Of a stretch of DNA of 64,000 nt, positions 25,391 to 38,749 are shown in pieces (within the stretch, counting starts at the first letter, position 1; every line of letters starts with the position of its first letter). Source of the DNA: Ramazzottius varieornatus (Eukaryota; Animalia; Tardigrada). Where the stretch lies: positions 899,378 through 963,377 of the forward strand of contig BDGG01000014.1 in NCBI GenBank assembly GCA_001949185.1. The letters run 5' to 3'. The notes beneath the pieces were generated by a model. It was not told where the DNA came from, searched no databases, and was given only the letters and a program-made list of their open reading frames with translations. The translations under genes were made by a program, and so were the position numbers.

Positions 25391-26617
25391 GAACTGCTAG
25401 AAACTAGGTGCCAATCTGCTTCCCACTTTTTGCTACCGGGTTAAGGATATGTGTACTCGATTCCATAGTCAGTCGTTTATAGTCTGTCTAAATTACAACT
25501 AATGTTTAGTCCTTGAATCTTGTTGGTTAGAGTTCTCGAAAACCACTGGTAAAAAATCTTTCAAATTTTTTGCGCTGACGCACCGCCGTCTTGTAGACGT
25601 AGCTATCGACATTGTTTCTTGGTTTGATCCGCATTCAGATTTCATCCGTAATTTTTTGTGATATCCACAATTTGGTCGCTTTCTGTCAGTGGTCATCAGT
25701 GCTTAGCAAAAGGAACACAGTTTCGAATACGACGAGGTACTGCGAACTTTGACCTCATTTGGAGCTTACTGCTCATAACAGCTCTTGAGGTTTGTTTCTG
25801 TGGCTGTCTCGAACCGCCCAGATCGCTTCCCAGTTTCATTATGATCGGAGCAAAAAATTTCAATGTGCTTCTGTTACCACAAAGCATGGCGCATCTCTAA
25901 TCTTAAGCTTGACGTACGCTTCGAGTGAATACTCTATGGATGGAGCACATTCCACCCATTCTGTTTACATGCATGAGCTTAGCCAAGACTTGATAGAACT
26001 GCCCGTCCTTAGTAATAATAACCCCTCCTCAGCCTTTTCTCAACGTTTTTCTCTTTTAATAGTATCACTCTTCTCATAACGATCATTCACTCTTCTCCCA
26101 AAAGATGAGGTACCTGGCACTCGCACAGAAGGAGAAGGAGATGCGAAAAACTGTTTTTCGATTTTCTTCATGGTATTCTGTATCATGGTGGTGCTTTAGG
26201 AAGCACAACCGAAGTTGCCATTGTGGTTAGCGCGACTGATGCCCTAATGGGCATAATAAACGAGAAATTTGATTTTCCTGCTGATGTGCAAGAGTGTATT
26301 CATTATGAAATTTCATAGTGCAAATACGGCGACTAAATCGACCTATTTGTGGCGCACTTTTTCAAAATTGAATTTGCAGCGGAAAAACGAAACCTGGTAT
26401 TTGTGTACCGTTTGATAATTTACTGATCTGACTTGAAATTACGCAGACTCAGAACGCAGTGCACAATTCAGAATGGTGATCCGCATGGAATTCGGCGCTG
26501 AATATTTATGGCTGTGGTAGCAGCACGCTGTGTGATCTGATCTTCAACAGCGAAAAAAGGGAGTGAAAGGAAAGATACATTAATACGGAAAGTACCACGA
26601 CGAGAACAAGAACGCTT

Positions 26618-29600
26618 TTACAGATCTTCATCCTCCCTTACAGTAATAATACTATTTTTATCGATGCTCTTGAGTCGATTATCAAGGGCTGCGGTGAATT
26701 TCCCTTTGAATTGAGCTTCGGTGGTAGGCACGTTAGTCAATTTTCCGCCAGCTGTGCTTTTCTGCTGTGCAGCAAATTTATGGACATGTTCTGTGGAAGA
26801 TAAAACACCATGCATGATCAGCCATACGCACATTTTATTCTGTCTTCACGACATCGGACTGCGACCAAGGTGGTTTTGGAGTGCGACGTTGCATTCACAT
26901 TAAGGCCAAAAGCAACAAAGCGAAGCATTTGCTGATGGCTTACCTAAGAAACTTTCGAAGTGTTTCTTTCCGAACATTACAAATCCGACACCTTTCACCA
27001 TCTGCCAGTACCAAAAAATCTTCCGAAGGAACCAGGATGTTGCACATTAGCTTCCGGGCGTATTCGTCCATATCTTTCGCTTTTTCCTGCAGCTCTTGTA
27101 ATTTTCGCTTCTTCACCAAGATGGAGGATTTTCCCAGGCGCTGGTAGATCGCCTTATCGACTTTCTTCTCGTCTTTGAGGAACGACCACTTGATTTCCGG
27201 CACTAAAGACAAGACACAGAATGGTTATTTTAGAAGATTTAAAGCCGAGAAATATGGTTGAACGAAATTCACACAGCTTTAAGCTTCGGCTTCCGCTCTT
27301 TGACTGCTCCCAGTTCCCTTAGCTTCTGCTCGTACTCTGAAAAACAGAAATCTCGGCAAAAAAATTCAAACAGGTCACTTTCTAAGCGGCGTGCGCTGTC
27401 AGCCAACAACACAATAAACTTGCGCCGCTTGGAAAAATTGAATACGACAGAGTGCCTCCCCGAAGTGGTGTTCGCTTTCAGTGACTATACCGGGAAACGT
27501 GCGCCGCTTAGGGAACCAGACCCACTAGTTCAGTTTCCCAATGGCGCACGCTTTCAGCCAATCACACGGTAAATGTGCGCCACCTTGGAAAAATAAATTC
27601 GACAATCTGGTGTCTCAAAGAGGCGCTTACTTGTAGCCTGCAATACTGGAAACGTGCGCCACTTTGGAAAACAAACCCGACCCGATCATCTCAAGGTGGC
27701 GCGTGCTGTCCGGTATATACCTGGGCATAATGCGTCTTTTCAGTACACAAACCCTCTGCAGCATTTTCAACCCGCATCCAATCGTTTTCCTCACTCGAAA
27801 TATTGATAATTTGTGATATGTGTAATGTCTTACCTTTCGCTTTCTTGAGATGATAGACCCGTAAAGCCTTGTATTTCTCGGTCTCATCCATTTCACTGGT
27901 CGCAGTAATCGGAAGAGTAGATTGTTGAATGCCGTCCGGCATCTCTGCAGACCAAAACTAAATTCGTTAATCTCGATAGTATATCAAATTTCATCGTTCA
28001 AGGTTCGGTTCACGCGCCTGGCCTTATTATTGGCCGGGACAAAGTTTTTAGCCACTGGCCGAAAGCGGTAACGCTTTGATTGATTGTCCGTTTAGCCGGA
28101 AGATGCCGCTTTCGGCCAGTGGCCAGAAATTTTGTCCCGGCCAATAATTAGGTCAGGCGCGTGCACCTTTTTCCTCATTGCTAACCGACTTTTCCTGTGG
28201 ATTGTCTATAGGCAACCCGTTCAGACTCTCCGAACGATTTCTGGCTGAAAATTAAGCAGTCAAAATTCAAACCGAAAATGGAGAAGGAAAATATGATACC
28301 ACACTGTCGGACTAAAAGTCAAGTTTACCTGCATCAGGCGCTTTTTTCCTACGACTGTTTCCGTCTGAATCTGTCTCAGAGTCCAAGCCGCGATAAATAT
28401 TCTCCCGCGCTGGAACAAAATCACCGTAAACAGTGCGACTTGAAAAGGCGGAGCAGTGAGATTGAGATTAACCTTTTACTCTGTTCCGATGCAAAGCCAG
28501 GCTAAGCGCTGTATGAACAGAGTTCGAAAAATGCGGCAAGAGCGCCAGAGAAAAAGAGGGTATATAAAACAAAAACAACCAACTTTTTCGTTTTTAAAAT
28601 CTCAAAATCTAAACCAGCAGAAGTACATCTACGTTGTTCTTGCACCACATGAAATTCGAGAAGTTTAGCCCGCTCAGATAGTTCTTAAAACTCAACAAGC
28701 TATTTACATGAAGAGCAGATGGACAAAAAAGGCTATCTTTGAGCAATGCCTCGGCGATGTACGCAAACGAGCCGGAAGTGGACTCAAGAAGCTTGCAGGA
28801 CAGTGGAGCGGTGGAGACAGGCAGCATTATCAGGATTTTGGCTTGACTCCTTGTTTTCAAGTTCCGGCTTGATTCTTGGCTCTTCAGCAGACGATTACCG
28901 TTGGCAAAATTACCAGTCCAAATTCGAAAGACGTTCACCAGGAGGTTTTCACAGCGTCGATGCCAGAGTGGCTTCCATGCGACTTCTTGCAAATGCTGGC
29001 AGTATCGCTTGAAGTCTGGATCGTGCCTGTCTTTGTCTGCTCGGCTCAATCGGATGTTCTGCAGGAACTTCTTTTGAATGGATTCCAGCTGTCTTTGCAG
29101 GCTCTTGATCGTAGGGAACCAGCATGACGAGGCATAGTCGTGGACTGCTCTTACGAGGCTCTTGTAAAGAAGCTGCTTCACTGCTCGATATCGTTGGGGA
29201 AAGAACGCGTTGACAGCGTACAATCTTTGCCTGCACTTGGCCGTCACTTTGTCCACTTGGGCTGTCCATTCGAGCTTGCTTGAGAATGTTATGCCGAGGC
29301 AAACTGCTTCATTCACCAAAGGGATCTTCTTGCCACTAATCACGTAGTATTCGCCTGGAACCTTCACACTCTTGTCCCGCTTGTTCGAGATCCGGAGGTG
29401 CTGCGACTTTTCCGGATTGGTTTCCAGGCCGACTTCTTTACACCATGCTTCTAACCGTTGGAGATCTTGCTGGAGGACAACGCAGTCTTCATGTTTCTTG
29501 ATTGTTCGAGACAGAACAATGTCATCGGCGTACTGCATGACCGTGGAACTGATGCTTTTGGCTAGGCTGTTAACGGCAATGGTGAAGAGAAGTGGGCCAA

Positions 29601-32600
29601 GAATTGAACCCTGCGGCACACCAGATGGGACAGATTGTTCCGACGAGAAATGTCCCTCAACCACGACTCTTTGGCTCCTTCCTTTCAAGTAATCAGACAG
29701 CAAACCTTTCATCTCACCATTCACTCCATGACTTGACAGGCTAGTGACGATGGACGAGTGCGGAAGCTTGTCGAAGGCTTTCGAACAGTCCAAACAAACC
29801 ACGTCTTCTTCGTCTCTTTGTAAGAGGGCTTGCGAGTATTGGTGAGCCATATGGAGCAACTGCATTTCCGTCGACCTCTGCTTTCTGAATCCGTACTGCG
29901 TATCTGAAAGTAGATTATTCTTATCAAGATAGTTAGATGACTCGGCACAATCTTCTCGAACAGCTTGGATAATGGTGGTAGAAGGGAGATGGGACGAAAG
30001 GAAGAGCTGCCCTTCTTTGGTATTGGTACCACTTCGGCCTGCTTCCACGTTGTGGGGAATTCTCTTTTGCTGACGATCAGGTTGAACAGTCTTGACAAGG
30101 GACATACTACGGATGTTCCCGCGATCTTGAGTAGCTGGTTGGTTATCAGGAAGGAACCAGCAGCTTTAGCAGAGTCTAGGCGTTGGATTTGTTTCAAGAT
30201 CACCGAGGTAGTGAAGTGAAGTGGCGGGCAGTGGGGTGTCTCTGGGGGCTCAACGCGTATCGGCTCACCATGGCTAACGGTTGATGGCAGGCAGTGGCGT
30301 GGACTGGCAGAGTACACTTTGGAGAATTCTTGGCTGATAAACTCGGCTTTGTCTTGCGGATCTACGATGTACTTCTCATCATGACCAGGTATCGGGATAG
30401 GCGGGATAGATGCAGCGGAGGTGTTCTTCTTAACATGTTTCCAGACTGCTCGGGGATTTCTGCGGGATGCTTTTGCGATGCCATAAAGACGACGATGCTT
30501 GTCAGACTGGATGATTCTTCTCTTGCTAACTTCGAGCTCCTTCCAACTTGAATAATCTGCTTGATCCCTTGTTCTTCTCCATTTCTTAAAGGCACTTCCA
30601 CATCTTCGCAAGCTATCAATAGCTCTTTCGGAGAGGGAAGGACGATGAAGACGCTTGGCTCCGACAGATTTCAACTGAAAAGCACTCTTCGCAGCAGCGA
30701 TGAATTTATCCTGAAAAACAGTAACGGCAACATCGACATTGCACATCAAATCAAACACCTGGCCCCAATCAATCGATGATAGTGCAGTCTTGAAAACATT
30801 GATATTCTCCCCGTCAATTTTCCACACCAGCTTTGGCTTCGTCTTGAAGTTCGGAGTCATAAGCATCAGCTTGGTTTCGATGGCTTGATGGTCACATGTA
30901 GCTGAAGGTGGGTTAACGATCCTGGTGTTGCGAACGAAGCCCAGTTGGGTAACGAAGAGCTGGTCGAGTGATGATTCGCTTCGTCCCCGCTTTCGAGTGG
31001 TGCCTTTCACTTTCTGCCACAGTTTAAACTCGTTCTTCAACTGGATCAAATCCCTGTCCCTTTCCGACTTTCCACTTGTATCGCCATCCCAGACTATGGA
31101 CAATTAAAGTCACCAACTAGGAGAATATTCCGCCGTAAGAATGGTGGAAAGAGCTCCATCGACGTGCGAAGCTTCGAGAAGACTTGGGCATCATAAGCTG
31201 GCGCATAAACTACTCCGATCAGGACGTTCAAACGCAAGCAAATCAGCTTGATCCACATCACCTCCACACCGTCTACTTCCAGGCTCTCCATTCTGACAGC
31301 TTGTAGCCCCTTCTTGATGGCGATGGCTACTCCTCCTCCCGCTTGCTTCTTGCATCCTTCTCGATCCTTCCGGAAGAGATTGTAATGTTCAGGGTCAGCA
31401 ATCAAACAATCAGGGGTAGAGTTGTCTGCCCAAGCTTCGACCAACGCGACGATATCCGCCTTCTTCTCGCCCATCCATCTCTTGGTCTCCTCGCTTTTGC
31501 TTCTTGATGCCATTGACGTTTCCGTACAAGAACGTCAGCTTCTTCCCGATTTCACCTGAAAACTCAAGAGGAGGCATCTCGCAGTCGATAATGTTCCCGT
31601 TGTGACAGGCATATGGAGTTTGCTTTGGATTGGTGTTCAGTTCGATGTTGATTCTCGTTTTGAGCCGTCAGACGCACAGACGGAATTCGTCAAGCGAATA
31701 CTGGCAGACGCGTCAGAAGCGAAATACTTGGTGGCGGGTGATGTGGCGATATCGTATGATGAGAAAACGAAAGGTCCGATACTGCAGGTGGTGAAGGATC
31801 CGATGTTCACGCCGGATGGTTGGAAAGCTTTAGGTCGGGTCTCCAGTCATCGGCAACACGCCAGGCAGTTGCTGAAGGCGGCGGGAAGGATGAGAGAGTG
31901 TAGTCCGAAGATGGTGGTGTACCACCAACGTGGTGATCCTGACGAGCATGAGGAGGAAGAATCAGAGGACGAAGGAAATGACTTGCTGATGGCCATGGCT
32001 CTAAATGTGCATTAGGAGAGTAATATGATATATCTAAATATGAAGATTGACGAAGTCGATCGGTATCATTCGAAGGTATTATTGAGTAAGAACTGACCTG
32101 AAACTATTATTTGATATTTGAAAATTTCACTTACCCTCTGGTCCGCGTGCCCAGTCATTTTCACTCCACTCTTGTTCATTGACATAGTCTTGGAATTCCG
32201 CAATGTCGGACTTGCCATCTTCACTGTCCACATTATATGTCTTACGCGCGTCTCTGTCCGCACCAGATGATGGCCTCGAAGAGAGGCTGCTTTCACCTGA
32301 CGATTCCAAGGTTGACCGTGTTCTCTTCGTGCCCTTCCGCAAAGGCATCTTCAGCCTTCTGCGGCCGACTATCTTTGTAATTGGTCCAGGTCCTTCGTCT
32401 TTATCGCTTCCTTCGTCTTCTCCACCACCCTTATGATCCTGTCGATTACCGCGAATCCCACTGCTGAACAACCGTTGATTATTCAACTCATTGCGCTTGT
32501 TCCGTTCAGATTCCGTCCGATCGAGGTTGGTCATCCGCTGACTTCGCTGTGCTGGCTTATTCTTTTTCTCTTTCTGAAATAAAACAAAAGCATGGATAAA

Positions 32601-33134
32601 GAGAATATTCGGGAAAGTTTAAATTGAAAACATCTATTGAACCAATAAGTGCAAATACAAAATGAGAATTCGGATCCGCTCACCTCCGATTGGCGAATTC
32701 CTTCCAGTGTATCGAACAGGGCATTGACTTTCATCTCGTCAGAATCGACCTCGATTATGATGGCTTTGGAAATCTGATAGTTCGCGTCCCATTTAGCTCG
32801 GACATGGATTCCCTTCTCCTGCTCCGTCTTTCCAACCAACTCATCGCTGTAGTTGTGTCTTTCAGTCATGAACTCTTCGGTTAGTTCCTGTGGAGTTCTG
32901 ACCTGGTAGTATCCATCTTCGTACTTCAGCAGGGTGTGTCCCAAGAACCGTAAGCACAAAGTTAGAGGTAGAAAAATATCACAGCGGAATCGAAAGATCA
33001 AATAACTCACTGCCGGCCTCCCGAGTGTTGTTGAGGATAGCTTTGAACAGTGCAGAGTTCCCCTTGTCTCTTTCCGGATCAGAAGTCGCTATGTTTCTCT
33101 TGGCCCTCTTCGCTCTCTGGCTCTGTTTGCCCAT
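26618..33134 (-). CDS. Transposon accessory gene with C-terminal BEN-like domain, multi-exon, interrupted by a LINE; may be defective
   Basis: ATG 33134; a series of phase-1 exons is compatible across the LINE. C-terminus ILVKKRKLQEL..KDMDEYARKLMCNIL...LRKFLEHVHK...FTAALDNRLKS resembles the BEN pattern. One junction (about 27.2 kb) could not be phased. Confidence 0.55.
27380..27710. repeat. About 78-bp period array of inverted GTGCGCCRCTTGGAAAAA motifs
   Basis: Forward motif at about 27420, 27499, 27575 and 27654; reverse at about 27381, 27460, 27535, 27614 and 27691. Confidence 0.75.
28007..28167. mobile_element. Palindromic MITE in an intron of the BEN-like gene
   Basis: cacgcgcctggccttattattggccgggacaaa...tttgtcccggccaataattaggtcaggcgcgtg. 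Confidence 0.8.
28609..32020 (-). mobile_element. Non-LTR retrotransposon (CR1/L2-like), APE-RT ORF with frameshifts
   Basis: YGNVNG, DIVALVE, GGGVAI, VYAP and GDFN (APE); FRPISLLPPLSKLFEK, QYGFRKQRST, LDCSKAFD, SGVPQGSILGPLLF and YADD (RT). Split into three ORFs; ends not precisely defined. Confidence 0.92.
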
Positions 33135-33336
33135 CTTGAAAGGAACGAAAGACTAGGGAAAGAGTCAATCTAAGAATGTCCGAGACACAAACTCCATTAA
33201 AAGTAAGCTTATTAAGAGCAACTGACGAGCCTCAACCGTTAGCCAGCGCACAAAGAGTACCGGGGCAGCGTTCTCGGTGCTAAGCTTGTATATGCGTTAC
33301 TTTCAGTGACGCAGTACCGGACAATTGTTCAGTCGA

Positions 33337-33693
33337 AATGGTTACGAGGTAAAACTAGCGGAGTTGTCCAATGTAAAGTGCATGGTGGAGTTGACCACCC
33401 TCGATCTCATCATTCAGTGATCAGATTTCGGTGCGTTTGGGTTTATCCGATAGGAAAAGATGTCCGCTGTTTTTTTCAAACATAGTAGGCACGGAAGAAG
33501 ATCGGATTTATTGATAGACATCCGTTGGGAAGAGGGACGATCAACACAATGTTAAAAAGCCAGTTTTCGAAAAATCAGCTGATTTTAATCAATCAAGTAA
33601 CGATACAGACGCGTGTGTGAACTTTCAGGGTGGACAACTCCACCATGCGATTTTACATTGGACAACTCCGCTAGTTTTACCTCATAATCATTT
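33337..33693. repeat. About 65-bp inverted repeats in the divergent promoter of the BEN-like gene and transposase
   Basis: 33337-33401 (gaggtaaaactagcggagttgtccaatgtaaa..catggtggagttg.ccaccct) is the reverse complement of 33627-33693. Confidence 0.85.
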
Positions 33694-33823
33694 TAGATTG
33701 ATGACCAAACACTCTGAGGACATTTCTGATCAACATCTAATTTTGATTCAAATATGATTGATTGCGGAATGTTCCAGAAAGTTTTATCGGAATTATTATT
33801 GTGGTTCCTTCTCTGCATAAATT

Positions 33824-36601
33824 ATGGAACGGCAGAGACTTTCTAGATTTTATATCCAGTTAAACTTAGCGAAGAAGTGGGCGGCATCGAATGAGCAAGA
33901 CGGAGCGAGGCAGGGAGAAGCCAGAAGAGTCAGTCGGCCTCTACCTGTCTCTGAGGATATTAATTTATCACCTGTCGTCCGGTCCACCACACCTGAGCCG
34001 GAATATGTTGACAATGACAACGACATTTACAGCGATAAAGATGACAAGTCGTCCGACGACATCATCGACGAGATGGAATCAGAAAGCGACGATGCGGATT
34101 CAGACATAGGTAAGATGTATATCTGTATGCGTGGTAGCACTTAAATCAACATGGGCAGTTATTGATTGATCAGGCTGTCTTAACAGAGCCAATTCTGGTC
34201 GAACGTTTAGGGAGTAGTGCTTCGCAATCAGCTAAACAAGACGGATGGACAATTCCCGATATCTGCGCGTTGATGCTATACACCGTAAAGAGCAACGGAG
34301 TGACCAACTCAACTCTGGACAAGTTCCTAAAGATAGTAGCGCTGGTAATAAATGGAGAGAGGAACATGGAAGATGGACTGAGTGGAAAGAAGTTCCCGGC
34401 TAATGTCCGGTCTGTGAAGAGGATGTTAGAAATATCCCACGAAGACCAGTGGAAGGTGGTTCACATAATGTCCCACAAAACGGATTGTACGGAAGAAAGG
34501 CCAAGACGTTCCTACAACCGAGATATGTGGTTACACACTACGTGACCACGAGAATCCAGCACGAAAGACCTACATCTGTGACCTGTGCCAAGCTGAATGG
34601 GACCACAAAATTATGGAGAAGGACGGGAACCATTTCGTAGTCGCGTCTCTACACTGGATACTGTCCAATGTATTGGACAGATACGGTGGGAAAATCCGCA
34701 CGTCTGCTATAGCTGATGGTGTAACTAACGTGATGTACGACGTCAGGGACGGTGACAGGTGGAAGAATATGAGGCTGATAGGAACCGACCTGGTAATTTC
34801 TGTCCACGCTGATTCCGCAGCCATCAGCAAGAGTACTCAACGCAAGATGTACCTAATCTTCATCCACCTTCTCAACCTGCCGATTGGTCTGCGCCGTAAC
34901 ATGTGGCCATTGTTCTTGGTGTGGGTGGGGGAAGCGTTACCGAAGGATCGAGAAGCATTCCTGATGGAGCTGTCTCTGCAGTTGAACGCTCTTCAAAAGG
35001 GATCGGCTGGCTTTCAGCCTGTGAGTTGGAAAGACATGGAAGGACGGATGAAGGAGTCATCAACTTACTTGCATTCCGTGTGGTCGGACACGCCTGAAAG
35101 GGCTGCAATTAATGGCCAATTCTCCCACGCCGCAGCACAAGAATGCATCTACTGCACTCAGGTAATCCCTTGCCATACCGATTTCGGCCAAGTTCTAAGA
35201 CCTACTCTCTATTTATAGACTGCTGAATGTATAGATCACGTGATGTGCTACAAGTACAAGAAGAATCCTGTGCTGAAATCACACGATGAGGTAGTAACGT
35301 TATCCACTAAATGGCACACTCTAACCCTCTCCGAGCAGAAGAAGATACACGAAGACCGAAGCGTCGGAGGTTTCAAGCGCCCTTCCCTCGTACATCATTG
35401 GAGGAATTTTAACATGGTCGAAGGTTTCGCACAGGACGTAATGCATCAGATGGACGAAGGCCTGTCCAAGTTCTTCCTGAAAGCCATTGTTGAAGGGACA
35501 GATGCTATGAAGTTGACGAAAAACCAGATAAATGAGATTGACCGTAGATGGCTGTCCATCACAGTTCCCGGTCACGACAACAGGAAACTGCGTTCCATCC
35601 GCACATACAAGCAGTGGAAAGCACATGAGCTGCGCTTTTTTCTGCAACATGGCGATCCGTTTGTAACAAGAGGGATCGTCCCCAAAGCGTTCCATAACAT
35701 CTTGCGTTTGGCGAGCTCCATTGCTTGGTCTTGCACGCAGGACTCAGTCACCCGCGATGACGTCACGAAGATCGAAAGATTAAGCTCTGATTTTTTGCAG
35801 AATTTCGAAAAGTATTTCGGCGTTGGCTTGATGAAATATTCCGTCCACGTGGTCCAGCATATACCCATGGCGCTCAATTTATTCGGCCCTCTGCATCTGG
35901 TGTCCTGTTATGGGCCCGAAAGCGAAATCGGAAAGATCTCCCGCAGAATCTGCGGAACAAATAAAACCACAAAACAGATAATGAACTCCTTCCTTACCCT
36001 CACTGAATGCAGCAGCTACCTGAATGACGCCATTGCGCCAGATTCGAACAAGGACAAGCTGGTAATACGAACCGCTCTTCACGTCCTGAATTTACCAATG
36101 CCCGTGTTTTCTGCGAAAGTCTTGGAAGGAGTTTGTCGTCTGTTGGGCAGACCACAGCTACTGAGGAACGAAAATGAGCTGAAGTTGCTTCGAAGGTACC
36201 CTGACCTTCAGGATGCCAGCCTGCAGAGCTTCTACAGTTTCAAGAGAGCGCGAGTGGAGAATGGCATCTACATTCGTACGTGTGCGCATAGTGAAAAGTC
36301 AGTGCGAAACGAGATCATTATTATCGACCAAGACCACGATACTTGGAAAGTTCTGGACATTATCGCGTTCGTGAGAGCGGAAGATCTCCGGGTGGAACGG
36401 ACCTTTGTCTATGGAGAGAAGATGAAGAAAGTAGATGAGAATCGAATCGAAGTCGACCATATCTACTCTGTACAAGCTTCCGATAGGAATCGGATGTTTC
36501 TTACATCGTCAGTGCGAAAACAGCTGGTCATACTGCGGGACTTTGACTATGGTCGGCGGATTGTCATTAGCCCTCCCTCGAACATTTATTTTGTGACGTG
36601 A
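33824..36601 (+). mobile_element. CACTA/EnSpm (CMC) transposase, intron-containing, frameshifted near 34.5-34.6 kb
   Basis: DVRDG..W, HADS..ISKS, LLNLPIGLR, SDTPERA..G..H..CIYC, DVMH, WKAHELRFF and VHVVQHI...FGPL..SCYGPES are Tnp2/DUF4218-type motifs. Confidence 0.85.
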
Positions 36602-37313
36602 ATTTGGGTGAGCTGTATTGAGTTTAGATGAGTCCTCAGAGTGGACCGACATTTTGCTTGACCGGTGCCTTCTGTGTATTGCAGGTAACGGCCAACTCCC
36701 GTCGCAGTCCGATGCTTGCACCGACGCAGTCCGATGTTCAGTGCACAGCAAACTCGTTCTACGGCCATGACTGAAATGTTCTTCGTACACATTGTGCAGT
36801 TGTGTCCAGTATAAAATACGAAAGTTGTATTTGCGATTTTGTGTTTTCAGTTTTATAGTAATATGTACTTTGACTAGGAATTGCTTGCATATTCGGGCAA
36901 AATTGTGGCGCGTGACGTTCACATGTTGTATTATACGCGGACGGGTGCGTGGTAAGTTTTAGTTGTACACGTCATAGACCGCACATGCTTCAAACCCCAC
37001 TGTGTGAGTAACGACACGCAGCCAAGCTCGGCTCAGCGAGGAGACACTCCGAAACAATGAAGAAGCGAAAAAAACTGCAGAATATATGGGACACACGTGC
37101 GCACCTTCCCAGAAAAGTTCCCCCTGCCTCTGTTCAAGCGCGGATTGCACTGCGTTCTTGCTAGGCCTATCACAGTCAGATGTTCAATTTCTGTGCAGCT
37201 CAGTACGAGTGTAGCGTAGTTCGAAATAGTTGCCTTGGCTAAGTTTCGAATTTTGAAATCTATCTTATCCCTCATTTGTGTGTAGAATAATCACTGACAT
37301 CATCTTTTGGACA

Positions 37314-38141
37314 ATGGGCGCCAATACGTTTGTTCAAAAGGCGAATATGAGAGTTTCAGTCCCGCAAAATTCGAAGCGAAAATATACCGTTGAACGCATT
37401 ATTGAACATCACGGAGAAAAGGGTCTTGGTACTCGTATTTTTTATCACGTAAAGTGGTATGGATACCCGGAATTCAAAAATACTTGGGAGCCTCAGGAAT
37501 CGCTGGTAGATAGCGGGGACGCAATTGCTGAATACTGGGAGATAGTTAGGCGTCTGAAAAAATATGACAGCCGTCCTAAACGTGGCGAAACCTACAAGTC
37601 CAAGAAGGAGGCATCCAAGGAATATCTGCGGTTAAAGGACAGGCTGAAGGATGTCTTATAAGAAGACCCAGGTTAGTGAAATTTTATTGAAATAGTCGGC
37701 CTATATGTTGAACGTCGGCATATCGCTTCACCCGGATCGCCATCTCAAGTGGCTCACTTTTCCGCTGTTACTGCCCGAAAGTATGCGCCATTTCGGAAAA
37801 CAGTATGGACGAGTTCATTTGCCGACGTCCTATATATCTTTGTGTCAGAAGAGCATTCTTACTTGTGAGGATAGAATTTCTGTTGTCGTCTTGCTATATT
37901 GGTATATCATTATTTTAGGACCAGAGACCCTTGCCTCGCTCGTGCTCAACAAAGTTGCATCCGTTTTCTTTGCCAGGGATCCCAGCCAGCTGACCGAGAA
38001 GGACAAGGGGTCGCTTTCACGGCGGATCGGGTTAGCGACAAAGGAAGTGTTTCCACACAAGAAAGACGTCCACGGAACGTGCCAACTGACTCGAAATGGT
38101 CCCCGACACTATGTCGGACTTTCTTTATTGTAGTTACCTGA
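37314..38141 (+). CDS. Chromodomain protein (in-frame stop at 37659-37661; possible second exon from about 37918)
   Basis: YTVERIIEH...YHVKWYGYPEFKNTWEPQESL..AIAEYW is a canonical chromodomain with its aromatic cage. Confidence 0.8.
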
Positions 38142-38749
38142 ATTATTTCGTCCAGAATGTCTTGCAACGGGCTCCAGAGCGTTGTATTGCTGTTCGAAAA
38201 GTCTGCCGGGAAAGAAGACCCGGACCGGCACTGCTAAGTTCCGTTAATACCATACGCCCCTTTTATTGCTTACGCGACATCACTGGTACTGCTGAAATTG
38301 CTTGCTTACGCTGCTTGTTTTTGCGGCAGCGAAACTTGTTCGTTGTTTTTGTCTGCTGCAAATCTCGTTCCTTTTTTCTGTTAATCGAAAATTTCCGATA
38401 CATATCACCAAACCTTGAATTTATCCGAAATGCTGAAATTTCAGTATATCCTTCATAGGAAGATCCCCAACAAAATAACCTTCTTTGGATTTTTCTATAG
38501 TTCCGGCAAATTAAGTTCGTTAGGGTATATGGTCAGTCGCACGCTGGCGAGCGGAAGCTTTTTTTCCCCACCCTCCCATCCCACGTTTACGGTATTGGTT
38601 GCTGGTTGCGTGGTCGCGCATGGTTTTCAGATGGTTCGTTGTACTCTATGCTGCCCACACTGTGTACTTTAGCTCTTTCAAATTTTGTACTGGATTCTGC
38701 TTGTAGTATTTTGTCTGTCATCTTGTCTGTAGTTTTCAGTCTTTAATAA

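Noticed and set aside
27380-27710. CRISPR-like array
   Set aside because: Repeats are short, degenerate and alternate in orientation; spacers are related to each other; there are no cas genes and the context is a eukaryotic intron.
31602-32015. Independent plus-strand gene
   Set aside because: Antisense to the LINE 5' region; GTG start and no recognisable domain.
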